Below are positions 47,404-57,845 of a stretch of 64,000 nucleotides of DNA, one piece after another. Position 1 is the first letter of the stretch; each line of letters begins with the position of its first letter. This stretch comes from an uncultured Candidatus Saccharibacteria bacterium (lineage in GTDB: Bacteria > Patescibacteriota > Minisyncoccia > Phycocordibacterales > UBA918). Location of the stretch: assembly GCA_964608605.1 (NCBI GenBank), contig CAZSOS010000002.1:36601-100600 (forward strand). The letters run 5' to 3'. Position numbers and translations under genes: made by a program. Under the pieces are notes generated by a model, which did no database searches, was not told where the DNA came from, and saw nothing but the letters and a program-made list of their open reading frames with translations.

Positions 47404-47499
47404 TCATTTACGCAAGAAGACGTACCAGATGATCAGCGCCAGTATCAACCCTCCGCCCAATAACCAAGATATGGCATAGGCTCCGAGAAATTCCAACAT
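47404..47499 (-). CDS. possible 31-aa hydrophobic peptide (MLEFLGAYAISWLLGGGLILALIIWYVFLRK)
   Basis: ORF with a single TM helix. No clear SD. Confidence 0.2.
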   Translation of the reverse strand: MLEFLGAYAISWLLGGGLILALIIWYVFLRK

Positions 47500-47722
47500 A
47501 TGATGTGGTTTTAAACTTTATAATTAATGAATACCCCTTCTACTCGTTAATCTTACCGCGGCTCTGCCCCATCGACCCGGACTATCCCCAGCTAATAATC
47601 GAAGAGGCCGATGCCTTCCAATATCACCTGCGGTCCCATTTGATAGTTTTAAGGAAATAAAAGCCCGCGGCCTACGGCCGCGGGCTTCTTGTTCGACTGT
47701 CAAAAATATTCTGTGAACAGTG

Positions 47723-49165
47723 CTATTCCGGTAGCCTGGAAAAAAGATTTTCTGGTTTTTTGTTAGCCAAAATAGCTTCTTTAATGATGATGTTGGTCTT
47801 GGGCATGATGGGATTCAGCAGTCGGCCGATGACATATAGTTCCCTTAGAAGCTCACGGATCAAGGTCTTGGCTTTTTCCGGCTCGGTCTTCACGAGCTTA
47901 AAGGGCGCCTCGGCGGTGATGCGTTCGTCGAGTTCTCCCACCTTTTTCCAGATATGATCGCAAGCGGCCTGAAGGTTGAACGCGTCGAGCGCCTGTCGAT
48001 AATCAGGATCAAGCTCCGCCATCGTTGGCTTCTCAATCGGAGCCTCAAGATGCGTCTCGGCCATCTTGGTGATGCGGGCCACCAGGTTGCCGAGGCCATT
48101 CACCAGTCCGGCCGTATACCACTCGTCCATCTTCTCGAAGGTAACGTCAGAGTCATCGAAGGGGTGCACGTGGCGCGACAGGAGGTAGCGCGTGGCCTCG
48201 GTGCCGTAGCGAGTCACTAGATCGTAAGGGCTGATGACGTTGCCGAGCGACTTGGACATCTTCTGTCCGCCGGAATTGATGAAGCCGTGATAGACCACGC
48301 TGTCAGTAGCCTTCACGTCCGCGCTTTTTAGCATCGCCTGCCACATGATCGACTGGAAGCGCACTTGGTCCTTGCCGGCCAATTGCACCACCTCTCCTTC
48401 CGTCCAAAACTTCTTGAAGTTCCCATTTTTATCTTCCGGCCATCCCAGCGTGGAGATGTAGTTAGTAAGAGCGTCGAACCAAACGTACATGACCTGGTCT
48501 TCGTCGTCGGGAACATCCACACCCCAGTTAAGTCGGGCGCGTTCGCGGGAAATGGAGAAGTCTTCCAGGCCACCCTCAACGAACTTAACCGCCTCTTCTC
48601 GTCGCCACTCCGGCAGGATCACCCCCGGCTTTGCCAGATATTCCTTCAAGTAATCCTGGTATTTGGACAAGGCGAAGAAGTAATTCTCTTCCTCCACGAT
48701 CTGCGGTTCCATGTTGGGATGATTCGGACAGCGACCGTCGACCAGGTCGCTGTCGCGCAGGAACATCTCATCACCCACGCAATATAATCCCTGGTATTTC
48801 TTTTTATAGATATCGCCATTCTCGAGGCACTTCCGCCAGATGGCCTGCGCGGCCGCTTTATGTCCCGCGTCGGTGGTGCGGATGAAGTTGTCGAAAGACA
48901 GGTCAAGCGCGGCCCCGAGCTTTTTGAATTCACCCGCGAAATGATCGACGTAGGCTTGCCGATCCTGACCTTTCTCATCGGCCTTTTCAGCGATCTTCTG
49001 GCCGTGCTCGTCGGTACCGGTATTGAAGAAGACCTCATGACCCATTAAGCGCCAATAGCGAGCCAAAACGTCACCAGCTACCACTTCGGAAGCAAAGCCG
49101 ATGTGCGGATCGGCGTTCACGTACGGCAGCGTGGTGGTGAGATATCGAGGTCCCTTGTCAGACAT
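47723..49165 (-). CDS. metG: methionyl-tRNA synthetase (short form)
   Basis: PYVNADPHIGFA (HIGH-class) and KMSKSLGN motifs. Confidence 0.85.
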   Translation of the reverse strand: MSDKGPRYLTTTLPYVNADPHIGFASEVVAGDVLARYWRLMGHEVFFNTGTDEHGQKIAEKADEKGQDRQAYVDHFAGEFKKLGAALDLSFDNFIRTTDAGHKAAAQAIWRKCLENGDIYKKKYQGLYCVGDEMFLRDSDLVDGRCPNHPNMEPQIVEEENYFFALSKYQDYLKEYLAKPGVILPEWRREEAVKFVEGGLEDFSISRERARLNWGVDVPDDEDQVMYVWFDALTNYISTLGWPEDKNGNFKKFWTEGEVVQLAGKDQVRFQSIMWQAMLKSADVKATDSVVYHGFINSGGQKMSKSLGNVISPYDLVTRYGTEATRYLLSRHVHPFDDSDVTFEKMDEWYTAGLVNGLGNLVARITKMAETHLEAPIEKPTMAELDPDYRQALDAFNLQAACDHIWKKVGELDERITAEAPFKLVKTEPEKAKTLIRELLRELYVIGRLLNPIMPKTNIIIKEAILANKKPENLFSRLPE

Positions 49166-49228
49166 AATAAGCAAGAATAGCACCGATTTTGGGTAAAAAA
49201 AAGCGGGCGGCGCTAACGCGCCGCCCCT

Positions 49229-49669
49229 TCATCCTGGCAACATCAATCCCAGTTTCTCGCCTACCAGATAAGCGCGACGAGGCGTGCCGCGCTGTAGCAT
49301 GCGGATGTACGATCCTAAACAGCTTTCAGCCGGAGTGTAGTTGCTGACGGGTATATCGTAATCACGGGACAACGCCGTCCTGATGACCTCGCGGGCGTAA
49401 ACGCTTGAACCTCGCCCGGCCACCCATACCTTTCGTACTGATCGGAAAGACCGTTTGTGTATATGCGAGAAGATGTGATCGAAGCGAAAACCCTTATCGA
49501 TCGCCTGATCTAGTACCTCGTAATTCAGCGAGGAAAAGATGGCGGTCACTTGGCTGTCGATCACCAAAGAATTGATCTTCTTGAACTCTTCGGTGTTCAA
49601 CACGTCTACCTGTTCCTTGCCGGGCACATATAAAACGTAGACCAGCGGCGTTCTTGGTTTCAATTCCAC
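49229..49669 (-). CDS. hypothetical protein (146 aa)
   Basis: Clean ORF between terminators. No motif recognised. Confidence 0.35.
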   Translation of the reverse strand: MELKPRTPLVYVLYVPGKEQVDVLNTEEFKKINSLVIDSQVTAIFSSLNYEVLDQAIDKGFRFDHIFSHIHKRSFRSVRKVWVAGRGSSVYAREVIRTALSRDYDIPVSNYTPAESCLGSYIRMLQRGTPRRAYLVGEKLGLMLPG

Positions 49670-49709
49670 TTTTCCCTCCCCTTAGGAACTCCTGGAAGGT
49701 AAGTTTGGG

Positions 49710-51083
49710 CTAACGCAAAGCGTCTGTCAACTCACCGATGGCCACGCGTTTCTGTTCCCCAGTATCGCGGTCGCGGACGGTAACGGTGTCCAGAAGTTCG
49801 GGATTTTCGCCCAGAGTGTCGAAGTCGACGACGACGCAGTATGGCGTGCCGATCTCGTCCTGACGGCGGTAGCGCTTGCCGATGTTGCCGTTATCATCGA
49901 AGGCCACGTTGCCGAATTCCTTTTTGAGCATGGCGTATACTTCCCTAGCCTTCTCCACTAGTTCCGGCTTGTTCTTTAGAAGCGGCGAGACGGCCACGCG
50001 GTACGGCGCCAAATGGACCGGGAACTTCAAATAAGTGCGGGTCTCGCCTCCCATTTCATCTTCAACGTATGCCTCAGACAAGACAGCTACTATGGCGCGG
50101 CCCAAACCAAAAGAAGGTTCCAGGACGTGCGGGATAAAGCGGGTACCATCTGGCTCGATATATTCGAGGGAAGCGCCGCTGGCGTTCATGTGGCTCTTCA
50201 GATCATGATCGGTGCGATAAGCAAAACCGGAAAGCTCGCTGAATCCTTTGCCTGGATAGTCGTATTCGAAGTCGATGGTGCGCTTTGAATAATGAGCCAG
50301 GTCGTTCTCCGGAACCTCGAGTTCACGCACATGCTCGCGCTTCAGGCCGAGACGATCGAACCACTTCCAGATGGTCTCGCGCCACTCTTCGAAGCGTTCT
50401 TTCCATTCTGATTCCTTCACGAAGTATTCGATCTCCATCTGCTCGAACTCACGCACCCGGAAAAGAAAATCTCGCGGCGCGATCTCGTTGCGAAATGCTT
50501 TGCCTACCTGGGCGATACCAAAGGGCATCTTCGGACTCATGGTGTCCACCACGTTCTTGAAGTTGACGAAAATGCCTTGAGCGGTCTCCGGTCGCAGATA
50601 TGATCTCATGGCGCCTTCGGCGCCCACCTGCGTCTCGAACATCAAGTTGAATTGCCGCGCCTCTGACAAAGGATTGCCTTTTGGGCTTTTGATACCCTTG
50701 ACTTTGATCAGGTCATTTATGGCTGCGAGCGACAAGCCGTCAGCGTCGATACCGTTGTCTTTGAGCAGATGATCGGCGCGGTAGCGATCGTTGGTCTTCA
50801 GGTCCTCCACTATCGGATCGGCGAAACCGGCCCCGGTGTGGCCACTGGCCTCCCAGACCTTTTCATTCATCAATATCGAGGCGTTGAGTCCGTACATGTC
50901 CTCGCGGTCGGTCACGAACATCTTCCACCACTCGCGCAGGATATTCTCCCGCAGCATCACTCCCAAAGGTCCGTAATCATAGGCGCCGGCGAACCCGCCG
51001 TATATCTCCGATCCCGGGAACACGAAACCCTTTCGCTTCGCCAGCGACACGATCTTCTCCATCTTATTCTCAGTATCTGCCAT
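49710..51083 (-). CDS. glyS: glycyl-tRNA synthetase (alpha2, archaeal/eukaryotic-type class II)
   Basis: Class II motifs and the length and pattern of a dimeric GlyRS (FNLMFETQ..., RNEIAPRDFLFRVREFEQMEIEYF). Confidence 0.8.
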   Translation of the reverse strand: MADTENKMEKIVSLAKRKGFVFPGSEIYGGFAGAYDYGPLGVMLRENILREWWKMFVTDREDMYGLNASILMNEKVWEASGHTGAGFADPIVEDLKTNDRYRADHLLKDNGIDADGLSLAAINDLIKVKGIKSPKGNPLSEARQFNLMFETQVGAEGAMRSYLRPETAQGIFVNFKNVVDTMSPKMPFGIAQVGKAFRNEIAPRDFLFRVREFEQMEIEYFVKESEWKERFEEWRETIWKWFDRLGLKREHVRELEVPENDLAHYSKRTIDFEYDYPGKGFSELSGFAYRTDHDLKSHMNASGASLEYIEPDGTRFIPHVLEPSFGLGRAIVAVLSEAYVEDEMGGETRTYLKFPVHLAPYRVAVSPLLKNKPELVEKAREVYAMLKKEFGNVAFDDNGNIGKRYRRQDEIGTPYCVVVDFDTLGENPELLDTVTVRDRDTGEQKRVAIGELTDALR

Positions 51084-51101
51084 GCTGAATGTAAAAGTTA
51101 A

Positions 51102-53000
51102 CTAATTCTGCACCACGCCGCTGTTGCGCTGGCCGGAGAGCTCGGCCGTCACGGCTCCCACCGAATGCCGCAGGGTCGAGCCGGTGAAGTTGTCCTGGCT
51201 CCTAAGAGCCGCCGTCTCCACCAATGTAGGTGTTCTACCAACAAGCGACGAACTTGGCAAGAAGTTCACCTTGAAGGTGCCGGAAACCTCGCCGCCAGCG
51301 TTCACGCTCCCGGCTCGCCACTCCACGGTCCTGGTCGAGGGGTTGTAGCTCCAAGCGCCGGCACCGGCCGTCTCTCCCGCCCATTCCACGTAAGAAGGCA
51401 AGGTAGCCGTGACCACCGCTCCGGAGATGCTGTTGGCGGAGTTGACCACCTTCCAGCGGAGGTCGTAGGTCGTGGTCTGTCCCACCTTCGGCGGGACCGA
51501 ACCGGAGGCGGCACCGAGCAATTCCGCCACCAGGGTCGGACGGCTCTCGACCCGGATGACGCGCTTGATCGTGCCCGCGATCCGCTCGCGAGCGCTGTTC
51601 TCGGAAAGGCGACGCGCCGAGGCTGAGACATCGAGAGTTACCTGTGGCGTCTCCAAGCCCACGGCTTCGGGACGGATGCTGAAGGAAAGGTTGGCCGAGG
51701 AGCCAGGATTGATGCGGCGCAGCCCCGAGACCGAGGCCACGTCGAAACGAACGGTATTGGTATTGGAATCATAATAGCCGTTATTCACCCGCACGCCCCC
51801 GTCGGACAGCGCGTTGCCGCCGAGTTTCACCTCGATCAGTCCGTCAAAGACGGCGGTGTCCAAGGTATTACGGATCTCTAAGGAGACGGTGGCCTGCCCG
51901 TCGGGTCCAAGACTGACTGTCTCGTCGGAGCGGTTATCGACCAGCACTTTGACCGCCAAAAACGGATCTTCAAGAGTGAACTCGGTGTCACCGACCGCCA
52001 GTACCGAAGCCAGGCTGCTTTGATCACGCTGATCGGCCACTCCGGCCGTGAAGCGCATCACGTATTTCTCGGTCTTGGTTCCCACCACTACGCCAGTAAC
52101 CTCGATGGTGGCGCTGCCCTCAGGCTGAAGCTCGGGAATGGACCAGACGTTGCGGCCGCTCTGCGGTGATGGCGTGGAGCGGGTGAAGTCGAAGCCGGCG
52201 GGATACTCGGCCCGCACCATGAGATTGCTGATGGGGGTCGGCGAGTTGGAAGTGAGAGTGAGCCGCACCGTAGTCTCCTGTCCGGATGATATGGTCTTCT
52301 CGGCGTCGACCTTCAAGACGACCGGGGCGCTGCCGATCTTGAAACGATGCGGGGCGGCCTCTTTGTAGAAAGTGGCGCTCGATCCGGCCACCCGGTACTC
52401 CACCGAAACCCGAATGGAAGCTTCCTGGTTCTCCTCGCCGAAGACGCGGGCGCGGAGCGGCACGTTCCTGGTCTCCCCCGGCGCGATACCGGCCGTGATC
52501 GGTATGCGTTCGGAGTAGAGCTCCTTGTCCTGGCCGTCGGCCGAGCGGGTGCCCGAAGGATATTCCACCACCACCGTGGCGAATTCGATAGCCACGCTAT
52601 TTTGGTTGGTGATACCGACCTGTAGCGACAGCGCTTCCCCGCCGCCGGCCGTGAACGGCCCAGTGACGCCGACCGCGATGTTGGAGCCGGACACGGTGTT
52701 GCGGCCCAGCATGATATAGAGGCTAGACACCAGTATGGATAGTATGAAGAAAGACAGCCCGATGATGATCATGATCATCCGGAACTTGCGGCCGCTACCC
52801 CGACCTTCGGCGGCGAAGGATTCTTCGGTCGGAGGCACTGGCGGAGGTGGTGGGGGCGCGGCCGGCGGCCGCGCCCCCATTTCATCCACCACCTTCGTCT
52901 CCCGGAGAGTGGAACGACGGTATGGTCTTTGGGTTTCGCCGCGCGCGTAAAGCCGTTCGCGCAAATTGTTCATCTGTTCGTGAGAGCGCTTGTCCGCCAT
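51102..53000 (-). CDS. large membrane-anchored surface protein with a Pro-rich N-terminal region and repeated beta-sandwich-like ectodomain
   Basis: PPAAPPPPPPVPP linker, TM segment MIMIIIGLSFFILSILVSSLYIM, then about 550 aa of Thr/Val/Ser-rich beta sequence. Confidence 0.45.
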   Translation of the reverse strand: MADKRSHEQMNNLRERLYARGETQRPYRRSTLRETKVVDEMGARPPAAPPPPPPVPPTEESFAAEGRGSGRKFRMIMIIIGLSFFILSILVSSLYIMLGRNTVSGSNIAVGVTGPFTAGGGEALSLQVGITNQNSVAIEFATVVVEYPSGTRSADGQDKELYSERIPITAGIAPGETRNVPLRARVFGEENQEASIRVSVEYRVAGSSATFYKEAAPHRFKIGSAPVVLKVDAEKTISSGQETTVRLTLTSNSPTPISNLMVRAEYPAGFDFTRSTPSPQSGRNVWSIPELQPEGSATIEVTGVVVGTKTEKYVMRFTAGVADQRDQSSLASVLAVGDTEFTLEDPFLAVKVLVDNRSDETVSLGPDGQATVSLEIRNTLDTAVFDGLIEVKLGGNALSDGGVRVNNGYYDSNTNTVRFDVASVSGLRRINPGSSANLSFSIRPEAVGLETPQVTLDVSASARRLSENSARERIAGTIKRVIRVESRPTLVAELLGAASGSVPPKVGQTTTYDLRWKVVNSANSISGAVVTATLPSYVEWAGETAGAGAWSYNPSTRTVEWRAGSVNAGGEVSGTFKVNFLPSSSLVGRTPTLVETAALRSQDNFTGSTLRHSVGAVTAELSGQRNSGVVQN

Positions 53001-53047
53001 CGTCAAATTGTAAAATTTAAATCTCAAAATGTAAAATGACATTGGCG

Positions 53048-53079
53048 GCAATTTCCCTTCGGGAAATTGCCGCCATCTT
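53048..53079 (-). terminator. terminator hairpin (GGCGGCAATTTCCC-TTC-GGGAAATTGCCGCC) after the recO-like gene
   Basis: Perfect 14-bp stem embedded in an AT-rich element. Confidence 0.6.
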
Positions 53080-53105
53080 TCATTTTAAGATTCGACCTTT
53101 AACTT

Positions 53106-53672
53106 TTACAGGTGGCTGGCCTGCTTGGCCTTATCGATCGATACCAGAGCTTCGGGAGGCAGGGATGGCAAGGTCCACCACTCGGGATCCGCCAGATAGG
53201 CCGAGAATCTCTGCGGTGAAGCGATATAGCCCAGACGGTCGAGGAAGCGCAGCGAGAATACCGAGAGAAAGTCGCTACTTGAAAGTCCTTCCTCGGAAGA
53301 CATCGTGAGTGCCGTCTTCACGTCATCGAACACCGCTTCGTGCGCCACTTCCCCATGGACGAATTGCCGCACCAGCTTCACGATGACGCTGACGCGGTGG
53401 CGGGCTTCCTTGGTATCGCAGGCCGAGAAGAAGTTCCGCTCTCCCTCGGCGCTGCCGATCTTCCAGCCGCCCTTCCCCTTGATGAGAGACACCCGGATGA
53501 AGGAAAAATCCTGGAGCGCGAAGCGCTGCCGCGAACGCTCCTCGCGCACGCTCTTGGCAGAGGCCCACAACATCCCCGCCTCCCGCGTGAAAAGCAAGAA
53601 GGATTTGTCGGAAGTGTTATTCGCCCGCGAGCCGCAGACGATCGCCTCGGTGGTATAGGTTTTATAGGACAC
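53106..53672 (-). CDS. recO: putative DNA repair protein RecO (short form)
   Basis: N-terminal OB-fold-like region (AIVCGSR...SFLLFTREAGMLWASAKSVREERSRQRFALQDFSFIRVSL) resembling RecO. Weak. Confidence 0.4.
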   Translation of the reverse strand: MSYKTYTTEAIVCGSRANNTSDKSFLLFTREAGMLWASAKSVREERSRQRFALQDFSFIRVSLIKGKGGWKIGSAEGERNFFSACDTKEARHRVSVIVKLVRQFVHGEVAHEAVFDDVKTALTMSSEEGLSSSDFLSVFSLRFLDRLGYIASPQRFSAYLADPEWWTLPSLPPEALVSIDKAKQASHL

Positions 53673-53760
53673 GATGTATAGGGTACAGGGTTTAGGGTGT
53701 AGGGTCTAGTAGAAAAAGCGGAAGCAAACTCGCACCCTTCCTACCGACTAAACGACTCGA

Positions 53761-56700
53761 TTACAAAACCTTCAGCTCCACGGTGAAGGAGTGGTCGCCG
53801 GCTTTTATTTCAATACCGGAAGCATCGCCGAATTCTATGGAGTCGGTGCCAGTGACGCGCCGGATCTCGGCTTCGAAAGCTTTGATGATCGATTCGCCAG
53901 CATCAGAGGTCTGGACCTTGAGGGCGATGCGATCGCCAGGCTCCAGACCTTCGGCCTTGCGCCGCTCCTGTACCGCGCGGATGAATTCACGGGCGTCGCC
54001 TTCGGCCTTAAGTTCCGGAGTGATAGTCGTATCCAACACTGCCCGTTCTATCTGATCGGCCGCGCAAACTATTTCCTTCACATTTATCTCATCTGCAACT
54101 ACGGCGGCATACTCATCCTCCAGCTCGATGTTGATGGTGAGCTTCGGCAGCGGCTGACGCACTTTCACGTTCGCTTTAGTACGGGCTTCGAGGGCCAAGG
54201 TAACGAACTCGCGGACCAAACTCATTTCACCCAGGACTACCGGGTCGACTTCACGCACCTCCGGCCAATTTGATAGATGCACGCTTTCCTCTCCACCCTC
54301 GCCTTTCACCTTGCTCCAAAGGTAGTCAGCGTAAAAAGGCATCGAAGGGGCCATTACCTGTGCCAGCGTTTTCAACACATAGCGCAAAGTGGCCAGCGCG
54401 AGTTTCCTATCCGCCACGTCCTCTCCTTTTAGGCGGTCACGCGAACGGCGCAAGTACCACACCGACAAATCATCAATGAAGTCTGTTATCGGTCGAGTCG
54501 CCTTATCAAGCTCGTAGTTCTTGAAGCCTTCGGTGGATTCGTTTATCAACTGATGCAGGCGCGCCAGAATCCAGCGGTCGAGTACATTTTTCGAATCAGC
54601 ACTCGCTTCCGTGCCATCAGCGAACATTTCGTACATCTGAAGCACATTATGCAGACGGCCCAGGTTCTTGCGCATCTGTTCGGTCACTTCCTTTTCGGAG
54701 AAGTTAAGGTCCTCGGCCCGCATGATTGGCGCGGAAAGTAAGTAGTATCGCACAGCGTCGGCCCCCACCCGATCGACCAATTCCATCGGATCGGGATAGT
54801 TCTTCAGGGATTTCGACATCTTCTTGCCGTCCTCGGCCAATACCAAACCGTTCACGATCACGTTCTTGTAAGGCGAGTGTCCAAAGAGCGCTGTGCCGAG
54901 CACGATAAGCGAATAGAACCAGCCGCGGGTCTGGTCTAAACCTTCAGCGATAAAATCAGCGGGAAAACAGTTGCTAAAATTTTCTTTATTCTCGAACGGA
55001 TAATGATGCTGGCCGTACGGCATCGAGCCGGACTCGAACCAGCAGTCGAAGACGTCCTTCACTCGCTCTAAGCGGATACCATTCTCATCGAACACCTCGT
55101 AGTCATCGATATACGGCCGGTGGTAGTCAAGTTCATAGAAGTCGTTGTGTGGCAATTTAGTGAACTCCAGTGTTAGCAATTGGCCCGGAGTAGTACTTTC
55201 TTCCGCGATCTGCCGCGAAGCGGCATCATCGGCGCCGATCGCCACCATGCGCAGATTCTTGAGGCCAATAGCGTGCGTGACTACCAAGACCTTTTCATCG
55301 TTTACGTTAGCTTCCACTTCATACAAGAATTCTCCGAACCGCTTCTTGGAGTCCTTCTGACTCTCGCCTCCTTCTGGTACGGCCGTGAACCAATCCGGAG
55401 ATGACTCCTCGAAAGCCCGATACTCGCCGTCCGGCTGGTCGCTGAACACGCCGAATTTATATTCCCCTAAACGCTCGTCGGTAATGACCGCTTCATCGGG
55501 CAAGCCTAATTCCTTGGCCACTATCCGCGCGGTTTCGAGACAACGCTTAAATGGCGAGCTATATATCTTAGTGATACCTTCACCGGCAAGCTTCAAAGCC
55601 GCCTCTAATGACTGCTCTTTACCCTTCTCGGTCAAAGCGTATTCCTTTGAGTTATCGGAAGAGAATATCCCGGCCACGTTATGCTCGGCCTCGCCATGAC
55701 GCAACGCGAAGTACGTATTGCCGCTCTTTTTGCCATGAGCGGTTAAGTCAGTGAGTGAACCGAATACTTTGTATTCCTTAGTTTCCGGATTGCGCCAGAT
55801 CGGCAGGGGCGCGCCCCAGTAGCGCTGGCGGCTGATGGCCCAGTCGCGCGCGCCTTCGAGCCACTTGCCAAAACGGTTAGCACCCACGTGTTCCGGTACC
55901 CACTTCACTTTATTGTTCTCGGCCACTAACTTGTCTTTCAAGTCGGTGACTCGCACAAACCACGAAGTGGTGGCGTAGTTAAGGAGCGGCGTGTCGCAGC
56001 GCCAGCAGTGCGGATAACTGTGGGTGATGTTTTCTTTTCGGAAAAGTACGCCTTTGGCACTCAAAGCCCGAACCACTTCGATATCGGCATCGAGGTGCGT
56101 GATCTCGGCGTCATCGTCGTCTTTCGGCTTCACCAGACGGCACTCGAAGTCGGAAATAAAGTCCATGAACTTACCTTCCTGGTCGACGTGGTGCGCGATC
56201 GGGATGTTATGTTCCTGCGCCAATTTCATATCGTCCTCGCCGTAGGCCGGAGCCAGATGCACCGCGCCCGTACCTTCGGTACCCACTTCTACATAATCAG
56301 CATGATAGATCTTCCAGGCCTGCCCGAATGATTCGTTCAGGCGGGTGTTCTCCTTCTTCTCCACTGCCCGGTCCTTCCAGTAGTCGAAAGGCGGGTTATA
56401 TGAGCGACCAACTAGCTTGGCACCTTTGAACTCTTCAACGATTTCGTACTCTTCGGTGGCCAATTGCGCGATCCTCTCTTTAGCGAGTACGACGAATTCG
56501 TCACCCACTTTTACCTTGGCGTAAACCACATCCTGGTGAACCGCGGCGGCGAAGTTGCCCGGCAGCGTCCAGGGGGTGGTGGTCCAGACCAGGAGCGAAG
56601 TGTTCTCCTCGTCAGTAAGCGGTAGCTTCACCGTCACCGCGATATCCTTGATGTCCTTGTAGCCTTGATTGACCTCAAAGTTCGATAGCGTGGTGCCACA

Positions 56701-57285
56701 GCGCGGACACAGATGCATGGTCTTGAAGCCCTCATAGACCAGGCCTTTTTTATTAAGCTCGCTGAAGACCCACCAAACGCTTTCGGTATAGGTGGCGTCC
56801 ATGGTGCGATAGTCATTCTCCATATCGGCCCAGCGACCCAGGCGAGGGATGATGCGCTTCCAATCGTCGCGATACTCCAAGACCGCCTCGCGGGCTGCTT
56901 CGTTGAAGTTCTTGACGCCGTACTCCTCGATATCCCGCTTAGTCGCGAGCCCGAGTTTCTTCTCGATCAGGTTCTCAAGCGGCAAGCCGTGACAATCCCA
57001 GCCCCACTTGCGGGCCACGCGGTAGCCATTCATGGTCCAGAATCTAGGAATGGCGTCCTTGATGGTGCCAGCTAGTATGTGTCCGTAGTGCGGGAGTCCG
57101 GTGGCGAATGGCGGACCGTCATAGAAGACGTAGTCGCCGTTCGGGGCTTCCTTCTCTACCGATCTATTGAAAATATCGCGCTCCTCCCAGAAGGCTTGGA
57201 TCGCCTCCTCGCGAAGCGCCACGTCGCTCTTCTCCGGGGCAGGCTTCGCCTGCCCCGTTTCTTTATGCAAATCTCTTTTCTTCAT
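53761..57285 (-). CDS. ileS: isoleucyl-tRNA synthetase with an in-frame ~200-aa histidine-phosphatase (PGAM-like) domain insertion
   Basis: PHYGH, the CP1 editing domain and KMSKSLKNY are present. Between WRNPETKEYKVFGSLTDL and LDYHRPYIDDY lies a block with the FALRHGEAEHN and VVTHAIGL motifs (roughly aa 517-715). Confidence 0.85.
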   Translation of the reverse strand: MKKRDLHKETGQAKPAPEKSDVALREEAIQAFWEERDIFNRSVEKEAPNGDYVFYDGPPFATGLPHYGHILAGTIKDAIPRFWTMNGYRVARKWGWDCHGLPLENLIEKKLGLATKRDIEEYGVKNFNEAAREAVLEYRDDWKRIIPRLGRWADMENDYRTMDATYTESVWWVFSELNKKGLVYEGFKTMHLCPRCGTTLSNFEVNQGYKDIKDIAVTVKLPLTDEENTSLLVWTTTPWTLPGNFAAAVHQDVVYAKVKVGDEFVVLAKERIAQLATEEYEIVEEFKGAKLVGRSYNPPFDYWKDRAVEKKENTRLNESFGQAWKIYHADYVEVGTEGTGAVHLAPAYGEDDMKLAQEHNIPIAHHVDQEGKFMDFISDFECRLVKPKDDDDAEITHLDADIEVVRALSAKGVLFRKENITHSYPHCWRCDTPLLNYATTSWFVRVTDLKDKLVAENNKVKWVPEHVGANRFGKWLEGARDWAISRQRYWGAPLPIWRNPETKEYKVFGSLTDLTAHGKKSGNTYFALRHGEAEHNVAGIFSSDNSKEYALTEKGKEQSLEAALKLAGEGITKIYSSPFKRCLETARIVAKELGLPDEAVITDERLGEYKFGVFSDQPDGEYRAFEESSPDWFTAVPEGGESQKDSKKRFGEFLYEVEANVNDEKVLVVTHAIGLKNLRMVAIGADDAASRQIAEESTTPGQLLTLEFTKLPHNDFYELDYHRPYIDDYEVFDENGIRLERVKDVFDCWFESGSMPYGQHHYPFENKENFSNCFPADFIAEGLDQTRGWFYSLIVLGTALFGHSPYKNVIVNGLVLAEDGKKMSKSLKNYPDPMELVDRVGADAVRYYLLSAPIMRAEDLNFSEKEVTEQMRKNLGRLHNVLQMYEMFADGTEASADSKNVLDRWILARLHQLINESTEGFKNYELDKATRPITDFIDDLSVWYLRRSRDRLKGEDVADRKLALATLRYVLKTLAQVMAPSMPFYADYLWSKVKGEGGEESVHLSNWPEVREVDPVVLGEMSLVREFVTLALEARTKANVKVRQPLPKLTINIELEDEYAAVVADEINVKEIVCAADQIERAVLDTTITPELKAEGDAREFIRAVQERRKAEGLEPGDRIALKVQTSDAGESIIKAFEAEIRRVTGTDSIEFGDASGIEIKAGDHSFTVELKVL

Positions 57286-57464
57286 GGTGGGCTTGGTGAA
57301 TCAGACCAATATGGCTAAAGCCATACAGCCTTCGCTCGCTCGGTCATGAATGAAACTGCTCTTCGTTTCGTCTCATTCACGACACTCGCTCGCTTGGCTG
57401 TAATGACGCGGATATCAGCCGCGTTTATTGATACTACCATCGACAAATCGAAAAAGAAACCGCC

Positions 57465-57740
57465 TCAGCTTGGCTGAGGCGGTGGTCCTAAATTGACGAT
57501 GATGGTGGGCAGGCTCGGTTCGGCGATCGGAGCTTCCGGATCGTCTTTCAGCGATCCCCGCTCCGGCTGCTTATGGCCGCGACGGGCGATCAGCTTCCGT
57601 TTCCGGCCTTTGTGGATCAACACCGCTTCCACCTCACCATACTGACCCACCCAATCCCGGATATCCGAGAAGGTCGTACCCGAAGTGATCATCAGAGTAT
57701 GGCCGCGATCCCGGCAATAAATGACGCTGTCGATTCGCAT
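57465..57740 (-). CDS. hypothetical protein (91 aa)
   Basis: ORF downstream of ileS. No motif recognised. Confidence 0.3.
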   Translation of the reverse strand: MRIDSVIYCRDRGHTLMITSGTTFSDIRDWVGQYGEVEAVLIHKGRKRKLIARRGHKQPERGSLKDDPEAPIAEPSLPTIIVNLGPPPQPS

Positions 57741-57845
57741 CGGAACCCTCCTAAAGGAACTGCCGACTATAACTACACTAATTCCGGGAAACTTTCAATG
57801 GCCAAAAAAGAAAACGGCGGCCAGAGCCGCCGGATTCCCCTTATA

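Noticed and set aside
55141-55737. Possibility that the IleS insert is an intein
   Set aside because: There are no intein splicing motifs (no C/S/T at the N-junction, no HN plus C/S/T at the C-junction). The sequence instead carries the RHG/H catalytic signature of histidine phosphatases.
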